A stretch of 64,000 nt of DNA from Thermoplasmatales archaeon (GCA_041305025.1 JBFYMG010000025.1:5590-69589); one strand, 5' to 3'. Positions 40,433 through 51,290 are shown, counted from the stretch's first letter. Notes: a model not told the origin generated them from the letters alone. Numbers and translations are program-made.

Positions 40433-41101
40433 ATGAATCTAATCGAATATTGGGATAAGAGAATATCTGAAAATAAACTATCTGGTACAGGAGATATTTC
40501 TCTTCATCCAAAGGTTAATGAACTTATAAAAAATTTAAAAATGAAAACTATTAGTTCCCTTATAGAATTCAAGGGAAAAAAAGTTTTAGATGCTGGATGC
40601 GGGGTAGGCATATATAGCAAATTCGCACAAGAGATGAATGCATCGCAGGTCATTGCAATAGATTTCGCAACTTCCGCAATAAAAATGACAAGATCAATAC
40701 AGATCGAAGGAATAAATGCAGATGTATCATACCTTCCTTTTAAAGACGGTTGTTTTGATGTAGTTATGTGTTTATCTGTGCTGTATCATATAGTTGATGA
40801 TGAACGATGGGAAATAGCAATAAATGAATTAATTAGAGTTTTAAAAACAGATGGGAAAATTCTTTTACAGATAGAGCATGATATCGATACACCAAATCTC
40901 GATCATTATCATAAAAGACCTTTTGAATCATATTTGCAAAAATTTAGAGAGTTAAAACTAAATGTTGTAAAAGTCGAAGATGTATATTCTCCACCCGATA
41001 ACAGTCTATTAAGATTATTACTAAGATTCATGCCAATTTTAAGATTGATTTTGATTAAAAAACGCAAACAAAATTTACTCATTGTTCTTAAACGAAAGTA
41101 A
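40433..41101 (+). CDS. Class I SAM-dependent methyltransferase
   Basis: Motif I VLDAGCGVGIYS; post-I acidic residue; 222 aa. Confidence 0.75.
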   Translation: MNLIEYWDKRISENKLSGTGDISLHPKVNELIKNLKMKTISSLIEFKGKKVLDAGCGVGIYSKFAQEMNASQVIAIDFATSAIKMTRSIQIEGINADVSYLPFKDGCFDVVMCLSVLYHIVDDERWEIAINELIRVLKTDGKILLQIEHDIDTPNLDHYHKRPFESYLQKFRELKLNVVKVEDVYSPPDNSLLRLLLRFMPILRLILIKKRKQNLLIVLKRK

Positions 41102-42535
41102 TGTACTTTTAAAGAAATTAAATTCTTTCATACCAACTGTTTTCGTAAAAAAGAGAATTGAAAAATATAAACCTGTTCCAATCATGATTACTGCCATCAA
41201 ACTCAATATTCTTTCTGGAGAGATCAGATAAATAAAAATAAACATTACAATTGATGCGAAAAGAGATTTTAGGATGGATTTGTAATCAATATTAAAAGTA
41301 AAAAAACGAGATGAATAATATATTGTTAAAATCATTGCTATTGCGTAAGCAATTAAAGTGGTAACAGCTGCACTTATCATACCAAATCTAGGAACAAATA
41401 AAATATTTAAAAAAAGATTAAAAATCGATGCAACAAGCCATATGACGGCAATCAGTTTAGTATTTTTTTTAAGAAAAAGTATCTGCGCATAAAATCTAGT
41501 TATGCCCTGCATAATGACTGCTGCGGCAACAATTGGAGGTATTAAATAAGCATTTTCTGCTATTTCTTTAGTAGTTAATATCTCCAGTAGTGGTCTAGAA
41601 ATTGCAATTAAACCAAAAACACTTGGAATAGTAATTATTAAAAAATATTTTAGACTATGACTTAAAACTCTTTTCACATCATCTATTTTTCCATCTTCGT
41701 AAGATTTAACCGTTATAGGTATTAAAGATACGCCTATCAAACTGACAAATATAAAAATAGTATTACCAATAGTGTATCCTGATGAGTAGTAACCCGTTGA
41801 AGCTACACCAATAAAAAGCGCTATTAAATATCTATCACTATATGAAACAATCCATGTTGTCAAAGAAGAAGGAAGTAGCGGTATGCTGAAAGATAAATAT
41901 TCCTTTGATGAAGAAAAATTTGGCATCGCTATACCGATATCACGGACTACCAGGTAAAACAATATAATAAAAATAAAAAAATTGGCCAAAAAAATTGATA
42001 GAACAGCACCGAAGAGGCCAAATTTTAAATATAACAAGAATACGCATACAAAACCTATTTTTAGGTAAGCCAATAGTATAGAAAAGAAGGAAAATTTATT
42101 GGCCTGCTGTATTGCAAGAAAATAGAACTTAAATAAAGTATTTAAACAGATGAATGGAAGAACCCAAGAAGCAACGATTAGTATCTGGATATGGTTTGGG
42201 TATAAAAGGTTACCAATTATCATAATAATTGATACCATGAAAGTTGAAGATATAGTAATTAAAATTGCTGAAGAATAAATTCCTTCTTGTAGAGTTATCT
42301 TATTTTTTCCATTTGAAAGGAATCTAAGTACGGCCTGTGGTATTTGCAAAAGTGAAAATTCGGGTAGCAGTTCCAGCAAAACTATAATTAGAGACCATAC
42401 ACCATAGTCATATATATCAAGGGATTTTGTTAATAAAGGGAGGAGTATTAGCCCCGATGGAGTGATTAATATTTGCGTTATAAACATTAATCCAAAATTT
42501 TTCCCTACACTCTGATAAAGTTTGTAATTGTTCAT
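41075..42535 (-). CDS. Polysaccharide/oligosaccharide flippase (Wzx/MOP family)
   Basis: 486 aa, about 12-14 predicted TM segments, typical Wzx length and topology, inside a glycosyltransferase cluster. Confidence 0.65.
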   Translation of the reverse strand: MNNYKLYQSVGKNFGLMFITQILITPSGLILLPLLTKSLDIYDYGVWSLIIVLLELLPEFSLLQIPQAVLRFLSNGKNKITLQEGIYSSAILITISSTFMVSIIMIIGNLLYPNHIQILIVASWVLPFICLNTLFKFYFLAIQQANKFSFFSILLAYLKIGFVCVFLLYLKFGLFGAVLSIFLANFFIFIILFYLVVRDIGIAMPNFSSSKEYLSFSIPLLPSSLTTWIVSYSDRYLIALFIGVASTGYYSSGYTIGNTIFIFVSLIGVSLIPITVKSYEDGKIDDVKRVLSHSLKYFLIITIPSVFGLIAISRPLLEILTTKEIAENAYLIPPIVAAAVIMQGITRFYAQILFLKKNTKLIAVIWLVASIFNLFLNILFVPRFGMISAAVTTLIAYAIAMILTIYYSSRFFTFNIDYKSILKSLFASIVMFIFIYLISPERILSLMAVIMIGTGLYFSILFFTKTVGMKEFNFFKSTLLSFKNNE

Positions 42536-42577
42536 TATTTCTGTCCTTTAAAATTTTAATTCATAATTGAATTTTTT

Positions 42578-43765
42578 TCAGTTTAACTGCTTTTTTATTA
42601 TTAAATTTTTACACACTTCTTCAATTTTTTTTGAAACATCTATCCATCGGTTGTAGTTGTTTACATAACGTCTTCCATTTTTTCCCATTTCTAACCTCAA
42701 TTTAGGGGTTTTTAATAGTTTTATAATTGCATTTGATAATTGTAATGAATTATTTGATTCGGTCATTATACCAGCATTTACGTTTTCTATGAATTCCAAA
42801 CCCGGTATTTTTGAAGCAACTATTGGTTTTTCGCATGCCGCATATTCATAAATTTTTAGAGGGGAGAGACCGATTTTTACATTTCTTGTTTCCGTAAATG
42901 GTGCTACACATACGTCCCCCGCATTGATGTAAGTTAGCGTCTTTTCGTGAGGAATTAATCCGGTAAAAATAAAACTGTCAAAAACTTTGTTTTCTATTGT
43001 AAGATTTACAAGATGCTGTTTTATTACACCATCACCAATTATTAAAAATTTTGTATTGGGAATTTCCTTCAAGATGGTTGGAGCTGCTTGAATGAGATAT
43101 TCTATCCCTTGCCATGGCACAAGATTACCTACAAAACAAACGTGATAATCAGTTTCATTCAATTTTAATTCTCTCAAGCATTCCTTCTTATTTTTGGGTT
43201 TAAATAAATCCGGATCAACTCCATTTGGTATTATAGAAATTTTAGATGAATCAATATGGAATTCATTCACTATGTAGTCTTTGATTTCTTTTGTAACTGC
43301 AATTATTGTATTACATAGTCGATAGGATTTTTTTTCAAGTATTAGTAAAAATTTGTACATCAAACTATTTTGTGTTATCAATTTTTTAGAAAGAGCTTCA
43401 TCACTAATAATTCCATGAGATAACATAATGATTGGTATCTTTTTCTTTGAAAAATATTTAAACAACGGTACATAAAAAGTATCAGTTATTATAACATCAA
43501 AATTTTTCGTTTCTTTATTAATTTTTTTTAAAATCTTAATCAATCTAAATAATACTATTGGCGATTTAAAATTCTCTCCATAAATTCTTTCGTTAACAAC
43601 GACATTCTTTTTGATATATGATTTTAATTCCTCATCCAATATAGGATTTGGAGAAATGATGGTAATATTCCAATTTTTTGGAAAGTGTTTAACTCTATTT
43701 TTAATTGAAATAACTCGGACGTTTTTTTTAGTTAAATCGTCAAATGTTATCCAGCATAAATTCAT
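42578..43765 (-). CDS. Glycosyltransferase family 4
   Basis: GT-B fold signatures (EKKSYRLCNTIIAVT, C-terminal E-x7-E region); 395 aa. Confidence 0.72.
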   Translation of the reverse strand: MNLCWITFDDLTKKNVRVISIKNRVKHFPKNWNITIISPNPILDEELKSYIKKNVVVNERIYGENFKSPIVLFRLIKILKKINKETKNFDVIITDTFYVPLFKYFSKKKIPIIMLSHGIISDEALSKKLITQNSLMYKFLLILEKKSYRLCNTIIAVTKEIKDYIVNEFHIDSSKISIIPNGVDPDLFKPKNKKECLRELKLNETDYHVCFVGNLVPWQGIEYLIQAAPTILKEIPNTKFLIIGDGVIKQHLVNLTIENKVFDSFIFTGLIPHEKTLTYINAGDVCVAPFTETRNVKIGLSPLKIYEYAACEKPIVASKIPGLEFIENVNAGIMTESNNSLQLSNAIIKLLKTPKLRLEMGKNGRRYVNNYNRWIDVSKKIEEVCKNLIIKKQLN

Positions 43766-44955
43766 TTTCTATTCTCTCTTAAAATCTTCCGATATATCTT
43801 GAGTGTATTTTTTGCAATGTTTTCCCACGTATAATTCTCTTCCGCGCTTTTTCTATTTTCATTTCCCATCGTTATTCTTTCTTCAGGATGTAGTATGAGA
43901 TAACTTATCTTTTCGGCTAGTTGTTCTACATCTCGTGGTTTAACAAGAAAACCATTTATGCCATCTTTCACTGCATCTGAAATTCCACCAACGTCTGAAG
44001 CGATAATAGGTTTACCAGCTGCCATTGCTTCAGGGATGACCGTAGGAAATCCCTCCGATAAAGAAGTGATTACAAAAATATCTGCTTGTTCCAAATATTT
44101 TGGGATTTCTTCATTTGCAATGGCCCCGACAAATGTAATATTTTTATCTATAGCCAATATACGAGCAAAATTTTCTAGGCTGTTTTTTAGAGGCCCATCG
44201 CCGACTAACATCAGTTGAGATTCTGGATAGATATCTATAATTCTCTTCGTTGCTTTGAGTAAATATTCTAAACCTTTTACTTCAACCATTCTTCCAATCC
44301 AGATGAGAGTCGAACCATAACTCTTCATCTTAGAGGGCGATTTCGGTTTAATCATTGACAAATATACTCCATTGGGTATAACAGTGATAAAATCCTCTTT
44401 TAAACCTAAATTAATCAATCGTTTTTTATTTTCGTTAGAAACAGTTATTATGCTATCTGAATGCGATATAATTTCAATCAACATTTTTTTAAAAAATCCT
44501 TGTTTAGGGATTGTATAGATATCGCTTCCGTGAGCTGTTATAATTAATTTTTTTCCAGTTAATTTTTTAATAAATAATCCAGCGTATCCAGATGGCAAAA
44601 ATTCGGCATGAATAATATCGCATTTTTTGGCAATGCGTAATCCTTTAAAGAAAAAACATACCATAAAGAATATTAGCTGAAATTTGGCTAAAAGAATGCG
44701 AGAAAGGTTGCGAGGTATTCCTCCACCATAAGCAACTTTTTGTCCTTTTTTTGTAAACCAATATTGAAATCTGTAGATTTCAACACCATCGATAAATTCT
44801 TGATCTTTTGTATTCACATCATGAGGAGCAATAACGCTAATACGTACATCGTTTTTTACAAGTTCTTTTGCCAGATTATGAACAAAAATTCCAGCGTAAT
44901 CGCCAGCATATCTTGGATAAGATGTAGTAAGAATGCATATTTTCATATTATTCAT
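43762..44955 (-). CDS. Glycosyltransferase family 4
   Basis: LSEGFPTVIPEAMAAGKPIIASDVGG motif; 397 aa; 4-nt overlaps on both sides. Confidence 0.78.
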   Translation of the reverse strand: MNNMKICILTTSYPRYAGDYAGIFVHNLAKELVKNDVRISVIAPHDVNTKDQEFIDGVEIYRFQYWFTKKGQKVAYGGGIPRNLSRILLAKFQLIFFMVCFFFKGLRIAKKCDIIHAEFLPSGYAGLFIKKLTGKKLIITAHGSDIYTIPKQGFFKKMLIEIISHSDSIITVSNENKKRLINLGLKEDFITVIPNGVYLSMIKPKSPSKMKSYGSTLIWIGRMVEVKGLEYLLKATKRIIDIYPESQLMLVGDGPLKNSLENFARILAIDKNITFVGAIANEEIPKYLEQADIFVITSLSEGFPTVIPEAMAAGKPIIASDVGGISDAVKDGINGFLVKPRDVEQLAEKISYLILHPEERITMGNENRKSAEENYTWENIAKNTLKIYRKILRENRK

Positions 44956-45899
44956 CTGGATAATTCTTTATTTGATTCCATATCAAACATCATGGCAAAA
45001 ATTATTGATTGTAAACCCATAATTAAAAATAACGCAGTTAAAACTACAGTTCCTGTAGAATATCCGCCAGTCAAAATTCTGAAATATAGAACATCGATTC
45101 CGAGTATAAGTCCAAAAGGAAATAATATAAGCCCAACAAGATAAAATAGAAACAATGGATGGAAATTTACTCCACCATATTCCCTCCATATTCTTTTGAA
45201 AAAACCGCTAACTAATAACCCTGTCAATCTAGCAGAATATCTCCCCATCTTTATTTTCGATTTTTCATTGCCATATCTTGGAGACATCTCTACATCTGCG
45301 ATTCGAAATTTACCGACATTTAGCTTTATCAACAAATCATTAGGATAACCATATCCATCATATATATCATCCACATCGATAGTTTCTAATGCTTTTCTTG
45401 AAATAGCAGTATATCCATTTTGTGGATCAATAACATTCCAATATCCTGATGCTATCTTTGTAAGAAATGTTAACATTCCGTTTCCGAATGCTCTAAATTT
45501 TGGCATCTTCATTCTTTCTTTGTGTGTTAGTCTATTTCCTTTTGCATAATCGATTTTCCCTTCGACAATTGGATCAATTAATCTGTGCAGTTCGTTGGGA
45601 TCCATTTGTGCATCACCGGCCATAACTGCAGTAACGTCAATATTCAACTCGAGAGATTTTTTGTATCCCGTTTTGATTGCCGCGCCAACGCCTTTATTTT
45701 TTTCATGCCTAACCAAAATTAATTTATTGGAAAATTTTTCCTGTAATGAATCTACCATCTTTACTGTATTGTCTTTGCTGTTGTCGTCAATAACTATGAG
45801 TTTATCGACAAAATCAGGAATCGTTGTGATTGTTTGCAAGATCAGTTGTTCTTCATTATATGCTGGAACAACAACCGCTATTGTTTTTTCTTTGTACAT
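44952..45899 (-). CDS. Glycosyltransferase family 2 (dolichyl-phosphate sugar synthase-like) with C-terminal TM helices
   Basis: VVVPAYNEE, DDNSKDNT, DAQ motifs (GT-A DxD region) plus two C-terminal TM segments. Confidence 0.8.
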   Translation of the reverse strand: MYKEKTIAVVVPAYNEEQLILQTITTIPDFVDKLIVIDDNSKDNTVKMVDSLQEKFSNKLILVRHEKNKGVGAAIKTGYKKSLELNIDVTAVMAGDAQMDPNELHRLIDPIVEGKIDYAKGNRLTHKERMKMPKFRAFGNGMLTFLTKIASGYWNVIDPQNGYTAISRKALETIDVDDIYDGYGYPNDLLIKLNVGKFRIADVEMSPRYGNEKSKIKMGRYSARLTGLLVSGFFKRIWREYGGVNFHPLFLFYLVGLILFPFGLILGIDVLYFRILTGGYSTGTVVLTALFLIMGLQSIIFAMMFDMESNKELSR

Positions 45900-45994
45900 C
45901 TATAGTCCTCCTCGCCAGCGTTACAATTTACATTATATCATTATTATGGATATTTTTAACTATTAAAGATATACAAAATGAATTACATAAACCT

Positions 45995-48900
45995 TTATTT
46001 CACTTTATAAATATGCCAATCAACCTCAACCTGTTTCTTTATAGGATTGGCAGAGATATGCATATAGATATCGGCTACAGATGGATAATATTGTGTCAGA
46101 TCATGAGTGGAAAGAATGTAATCCGCATTAACATTTCCGGAAAGTATTAGGTTGCTTAGGTTATTTGAATTCTTAAATTCTACATGTGCATCTGGCAACC
46201 AAAAATACATATCCGAATGCATGATTTTCCAATAGCTTAAATCCATCCCGCCTCCAGAAAAGGCACCGAAACCATCTTCAAAAATTATAGATGAATCAGG
46301 GTCATTTTGCATAAACCAACGAGCGGGTTTATTCATTCCATCATTCATAACAAATGCATTCTCACTTATTTGCTCATCGATAATTGGAATGCAAAGCAAT
46401 AATGATAGGAGTAGAGCAACTATTAAAAAAATATTAGCAGATTTGGATGACTTTTTAATAAATGAAAAATTTTTTTTCAAAAACCATTTTAAAGTTATGC
46501 AAATGGTAAATAATATCAAAATGACTCCGAACAAGATACGAAATAAAGTAAAACAATCAACATTAAATATGTAATTCCCACGTAAACCAGTTATCCATAA
46601 GAGATCTATATTGTTAACGATGTGATAATTTTCTATTGGGAAAAAAAGAATGAAAAAAAAGCCAAGTAAAATTAAAATATAACTAATATGGAAATTAACA
46701 TTGCGATTTTTATTTTTTATTCTTTGAAATAAGTTAATGCCGATAACGCCTAACATAAAAATGATTGGCAGGCCCGGAGAAGCATATCTTGTATAAATGC
46801 TATAGTGGGTTGAAAAAATATGAGTGCTTGTAATTATTATAAGAAAGAAAATAGAAGACAGCCCATACAATGTAAAAACAGCTAGAGATTCTTTTTTTTC
46901 ATTTTGGAATTTTTTCCAATTTATGACTAAAAAGACAGAAAACGCTGCGAAAACAATGTAACTCATAACAACAAAATAGTTAATTTCATTTAATACTATA
47001 TGAATAAATCTAGTAAAATTTGATAAATTCGAAAAAACTAAAGAGAGATTGGCAAGATAATAAGAATCAGAATAGCCCATTGTCAATGATTTGCTCTTAT
47101 ACATCATGTATCCAATAACAGGTATGAATGGCAGAAAAATTAACCCGTATTTGATTGCAAAAATTTTCCTATTTTTTATAATTTTGTAGAGAAAAACAAA
47201 AAATAAAGCAGCCAGCATGGCTACACCTATAGATCTAACCATAATAAGAAATCCTACAGAAAAACCGGATAAAAGAGAATAAAATACGAACTTTTTATCA
47301 AAATTATCACACGTAAATGTTTTTAATATCAAAAGGCAGGAAATTAGAAATATGGGATAAAAAGCATTTTCACTCATTGTTACATAGGTGTAAGCAGTTA
47401 TTATTGGTAAAATTGCGATTATTATGGAAGTGACAAAAGATAATTTTTTGCTGACAAAATTTTTCATTATAAAAAAAACGGGAAAAATCACCAGCGAAGA
47501 AAGTACGCAGTTGATAAATAACATAGCACGGTATACTACATCCATGTTGTTTCCCAGAAGATATGTAGGAGCTAAAAAATATGAGTATCCTGCGGGAGGA
47601 TATGCAGTTGAAAAGGGTACATTCCCTATAATCGTAAAGTTACCTTGAAATATGTATTTGGCCAAGACACCATATATAAGCTCGTCACCATATATCCGTG
47701 GAGCGACAAAGAAATAACTTATTAAAAACTTGACGGCAATAAGAACAAAGAAACTTAAAATTATAAGACCGAACCATCCACCCAATTTCATGAAAAAGTG
47801 AAGACATTTGGAACGGTTTAGTATTTGTCTTATCGTTTTGATATTATAAACGATAATTATACTTATTCCTAATAGTATTATGAATATCAAAGCACCGATT
47901 CCTTGAGGCATCTTATTAGATGTAATACCTGCCTGATCTGACGTAACAATTATTTTTCTTAAATCTATGCTACTTGATCCATTATTATCAAAGATTTCAA
48001 GAAATGCATTGTATGAGCCTTCTTTGTTGTAAATATATGTTGTTATTCCAGTGGAATTTGAATTCCAATCGTAGATTCCATCGCCGTTAAAATCCCATCG
48101 AAATATAGTGATCTTTCCATCAGGATCATACCCCGTTCCATTAAAAGATACAATTTTTCCTTCATGAACATTCGCGTCACCGCCAGCATATGCCATTGGT
48201 GACAAATTAATTTCATCGCTAATGTCTTTGTTTGTTTTAATCATAAAAACGTTGTAGCCGTTGGGCCACTGAGTATAACCCACTAGCGTGAATCCACCGC
48301 CATCTGTTCGTATCAAAGAAAGTGCTCGTTCGTCACCATCACCTGAATAATTTTTATTCCATTGCATATAACCATTGGAATCTGTTTTCACAAGAAAAAA
48401 ATCATATGAAAGCAATACTTCAGAGTGCCCTGCGATTGCAAAACCATTGTCCGGGGTTTGAATTAAAGAATATGCACCATCATCCTGCTTTCCACCATAG
48501 GTCCTATTCCACTCCATAGTACCATTTTGATCTGTTTTTACTAACCAGAAGTCACTACTGCCTGAACCATATGAAAGTGTATAACCGGCGAGCGCAAAAC
48601 CGTAATCTTGGGTTTGAATTAAAGAATATGCAAAATCATCTTCTGGCCCACCATATGTTTTACTCCAACATAGGTCGCCGTTAGAATAAATTTTTATTAG
48701 AATAAAATTGTTTTTTTCTTCACCAAATGAATTAGAAATGCCTGCAATGGCGTATCCGCCATCCGGGGTTTTAGTCACTGATGTAGCTTGATCATCTTTA
48801 ATTCCACCATATGTTTTATACCATTCAACACCGCCAGTGGAGTTAGTTTTAATCAAAAGAAAATCATAGTCATTTCCTCCAACAAGTGGTGAGTTTGAAG

Positions 48901-49366
48901 ATCCAACGATCAAATATCCATCATCATCTGTTTGAAGTAAATCATATGCAGAATCATCTCTGCTACCTCCATAAAGTTTATTCCATTCCATAGTACCATT
49001 CTTATCTGTTTTTACCAACCAGAAATCGTATTCGCCTGAACCAAAAGAATCGGTTATTCCTACAAACGCGTATCCTCCATCAATAGTTTGAATCACTTGT
49101 GTCGCAACGTCATAACCTTTCCCACCATATGTTTTATTCCATTTTTCAATCGGATAACTATGCCCAATTGTAGTTGAAAAAAAGGACAGAGTAATAACTA
49201 ACAGAACAATAAAGATAGCCTTTGCATATTTTTTAATTATATCCTCACCGTCTTGCAAACCTAGTATTTTTATATAATATTTATTGTCGAAGATATTCTT
49301 ACATAATAAGGTATAGTAATACCTTTTAAAAACATTGATATAGATGTGAAAAGAAATTTTTTGCAT
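45995..49366 (-). CDS. Large membrane glycosyltransferase (GT-C/ArnT-PMT-like) fused to an N-terminal repeat domain and PKD domain
   Basis: N-terminal about 6 x 48-aa YGG..DD.AYSLIQT.DGG repeats (beta-propeller-like), PKD domain (FNGTGYDPDGKITIFRWDFNGDG), then about 13 TM helices with YPPAGYSYFL-type GT-C motif and a soluble C-terminal domain. Confidence 0.5.
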   Translation of the reverse strand: MQKISFHIYINVFKRYYYTLLCKNIFDNKYYIKILGLQDGEDIIKKYAKAIFIVLLVITLSFFSTTIGHSYPIEKWNKTYGGKGYDVATQVIQTIDGGYAFVGITDSFGSGEYDFWLVKTDKNGTMEWNKLYGGSRDDSAYDLLQTDDDGYLIVGSSNSPLVGGNDYDFLLIKTNSTGGVEWYKTYGGIKDDQATSVTKTPDGGYAIAGISNSFGEEKNNFILIKIYSNGDLCWSKTYGGPEDDFAYSLIQTQDYGFALAGYTLSYGSGSSDFWLVKTDQNGTMEWNRTYGGKQDDGAYSLIQTPDNGFAIAGHSEVLLSYDFFLVKTDSNGYMQWNKNYSGDGDERALSLIRTDGGGFTLVGYTQWPNGYNVFMIKTNKDISDEINLSPMAYAGGDANVHEGKIVSFNGTGYDPDGKITIFRWDFNGDGIYDWNSNSTGITTYIYNKEGSYNAFLEIFDNNGSSSIDLRKIIVTSDQAGITSNKMPQGIGALIFIILLGISIIIVYNIKTIRQILNRSKCLHFFMKLGGWFGLIILSFFVLIAVKFLISYFFVAPRIYGDELIYGVLAKYIFQGNFTIIGNVPFSTAYPPAGYSYFLAPTYLLGNNMDVVYRAMLFINCVLSSLVIFPVFFIMKNFVSKKLSFVTSIIIAILPIITAYTYVTMSENAFYPIFLISCLLILKTFTCDNFDKKFVFYSLLSGFSVGFLIMVRSIGVAMLAALFFVFLYKIIKNRKIFAIKYGLIFLPFIPVIGYMMYKSKSLTMGYSDSYYLANLSLVFSNLSNFTRFIHIVLNEINYFVVMSYIVFAAFSVFLVINWKKFQNEKKESLAVFTLYGLSSIFFLIIITSTHIFSTHYSIYTRYASPGLPIIFMLGVIGINLFQRIKNKNRNVNFHISYILILLGFFFILFFPIENYHIVNNIDLLWITGLRGNYIFNVDCFTLFRILFGVILILFTICITLKWFLKKNFSFIKKSSKSANIFLIVALLLSLLLCIPIIDEQISENAFVMNDGMNKPARWFMQNDPDSSIIFEDGFGAFSGGGMDLSYWKIMHSDMYFWLPDAHVEFKNSNNLSNLILSGNVNADYILSTHDLTQYYPSVADIYMHISANPIKKQVEVDWHIYKVK
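48256..49156 (-). repeat. Tandem array of about 144-nt degenerate repeats encoding the YGGxxDDxAY...DGGY modules
   Basis: At least six consecutive protein-level repeats; coordinates approximate. Confidence 0.5.
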
Positions 49367-49434
49367 ATTTAAATCAAAGAAATAAAAAGATATAAGGCAT
49401 CAATACGCAATATCCTCAATTTGGTGTATAATAA

Positions 49435-50562
49435 ATGATAAAAATTAGAGTTGTTGTTTTAACTGTCACCATTCTACTTTGTTTTTTTATTTTTTCCTTC
49501 ACGGTTGAGAATATCAGAGCAACAGATGAAAACACTATTTTTATTGATGATAACTATGATAACTCTACATATGGTTTCGGAGTAAATCATTTCAATCAAA
49601 TTCAATCTGCCATAAATGCTGCATCTGTTGGTAATACACTATACGTTTATTCTGGAGTATACTATGAAAATTTGTTAATAAATAAATCAATCTCAATTGT
49701 CGGAGAGGATAAAACAATTGTTGACGGTGGTGGTAACGGAGATGTAATTACAATAAAAGCTGATAAAGTATTCATAAACAATTTCTCCATTCAGAATAGC
49801 GGACATAGCGGACAAGATTCGGGTTTAAAAATTTTATCCGGTCAAAACATTATACAAAAAAATAACTTCGACGATAATCAAATAGGCATCTTAATACGAA
49901 ATAGCAAATCAAATTTTGTTTCGGGGAATAATATTACAAACAATACATATGGCATAGGGGTTGAATTTTGTAAAAATAAAAACGACATATACAAAAATTA
50001 TGTTTTCAATAACAAAATTACAGGGATATATCTATCTTATAGTGACAACAATTTAGTAAATCAAAATTATATAGAGAACAATAGCTATGGGATAGCATTG
50101 TCTTTTTGTAACAATACCCGCATTTTAGAAAATAACAACAAAAAAAATAACAACTACGGATTAAGTTTATATTCGTGCAGTAATAATCGTCTCGTTGGAA
50201 ATAGAATCACTGAGAGTAATCATGGAATTGTATTTGAAGAAAGCAATTTTAACAATACAATAGACAATAACAATATCAAAAATTATTCGTTTGGAATTAG
50301 AATAGGGAATAAAAACAAAAATACCACAATAACAAATAACATAATATCAAACGGAGATAATGGAATATACATCTCAGCAAAATCAAAAGAAAACCACATT
50401 TTTAATAATATATTCTCGAACAATGAGATTAAAATTCAAGAAGAGACAACATCTATCGAGAAAGAGATAGATTTTTTATACGTCTTGGTGCCGAGTTTTA
50501 TAATAATGTTAATAATAATGCTGTACGGTCTCTATAAGATACTGCAAAAAAAGATGTCGTAA
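49435..50562 (+). CDS. Right-handed parallel beta-helix repeat surface protein with C-terminal TM anchor (no PGF)
   Basis: Signal peptide; about 12 Asn-rich beta-helix turns (NNxI.GI....S); C-terminal hydrophobic helix LVPSFIIMLIIMLYGLY. Confidence 0.6.
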   Translation: MIKIRVVVLTVTILLCFFIFSFTVENIRATDENTIFIDDNYDNSTYGFGVNHFNQIQSAINAASVGNTLYVYSGVYYENLLINKSISIVGEDKTIVDGGGNGDVITIKADKVFINNFSIQNSGHSGQDSGLKILSGQNIIQKNNFDDNQIGILIRNSKSNFVSGNNITNNTYGIGVEFCKNKNDIYKNYVFNNKITGIYLSYSDNNLVNQNYIENNSYGIALSFCNNTRILENNNKKNNNYGLSLYSCSNNRLVGNRITESNHGIVFEESNFNNTIDNNNIKNYSFGIRIGNKNKNTTITNNIISNGDNGIYISAKSKENHIFNNIFSNNEIKIQEETTSIEKEIDFLYVLVPSFIIMLIIMLYGLYKILQKKMS

Positions 50563-50625
50563 ATATTCTAATCTAGACAAAAAAAATATAAAGAAAAAAG
50601 GGGAATTATTTTATTTAAAATTCTA

Positions 50626-51015
50626 TTATGTAAATTCCCATGTGCCCAATAATGTGTTTGTTGGTACGTATCTCAAGGTGACTGTATCTGGAGAACTTGT
50701 AAATTCGATGTAATCACCTGCCGTAACAGTACCCGTTGGAAAAGCAGAAATTGTTTCTCCTTCAACGAGTTCGATATCACTCCAATCTAAACTTGTCGGA
50801 TCAGCTGAAGATACAAGTAGCCTGTTGGAAATATCATTTTTTGAAAACTGTACGTTTGGTGTTACAGTAGGACTTGTTCCAATCATTCCACTAACGTATA
50901 CATACACTGTTGCTGCTATCGCTACTGTTATTGCAACCATTAAAATAACACCAATAACAGCCGAAACTGCTTCCTCACCTTTTATAAATTTCCTATTTGC
51001 TTTCATCTTTCCCAT
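50626..51015 (-). CDS. Archaeal type IV pilin (class III signal peptide, Pilin_N/DUF361-like)
   Basis: MGKMKANRKFIKGEEAVSAVIGVILMVAITVAIAATVYVYV: basic leader, KG cleavage context and conserved hydrophobic helix; 129 aa. Confidence 0.72.
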   Translation of the reverse strand: MGKMKANRKFIKGEEAVSAVIGVILMVAITVAIAATVYVYVSGMIGTSPTVTPNVQFSKNDISNRLLVSSADPTSLDWSDIELVEGETISAFPTGTVTAGDYIEFTSSPDTVTLRYVPTNTLLGTWEFT

Positions 51016-51290
51016 TCTCTCCTAGCTATATTTCAAGCTATTTCATTTTGACAGTAGATGGTTCACATGGTATATATACTTTTTGACTTTTGCTTTAATC
51101 TACATCTGGGAGTGACAAGAATTTTAAGATAATAAACTTACAAATAATTAAAACTTATAATTTAGAACATAGCAACGAAATGTTTATTATAAGTAAGTAA
51201 GTTTACAGTATTGTAAAAATAATAAAATAATGGGATGCCGCAAGAATAATTGTTGTAGTGCATCTACTAAATCTTTGGAGATTTGGAAGA

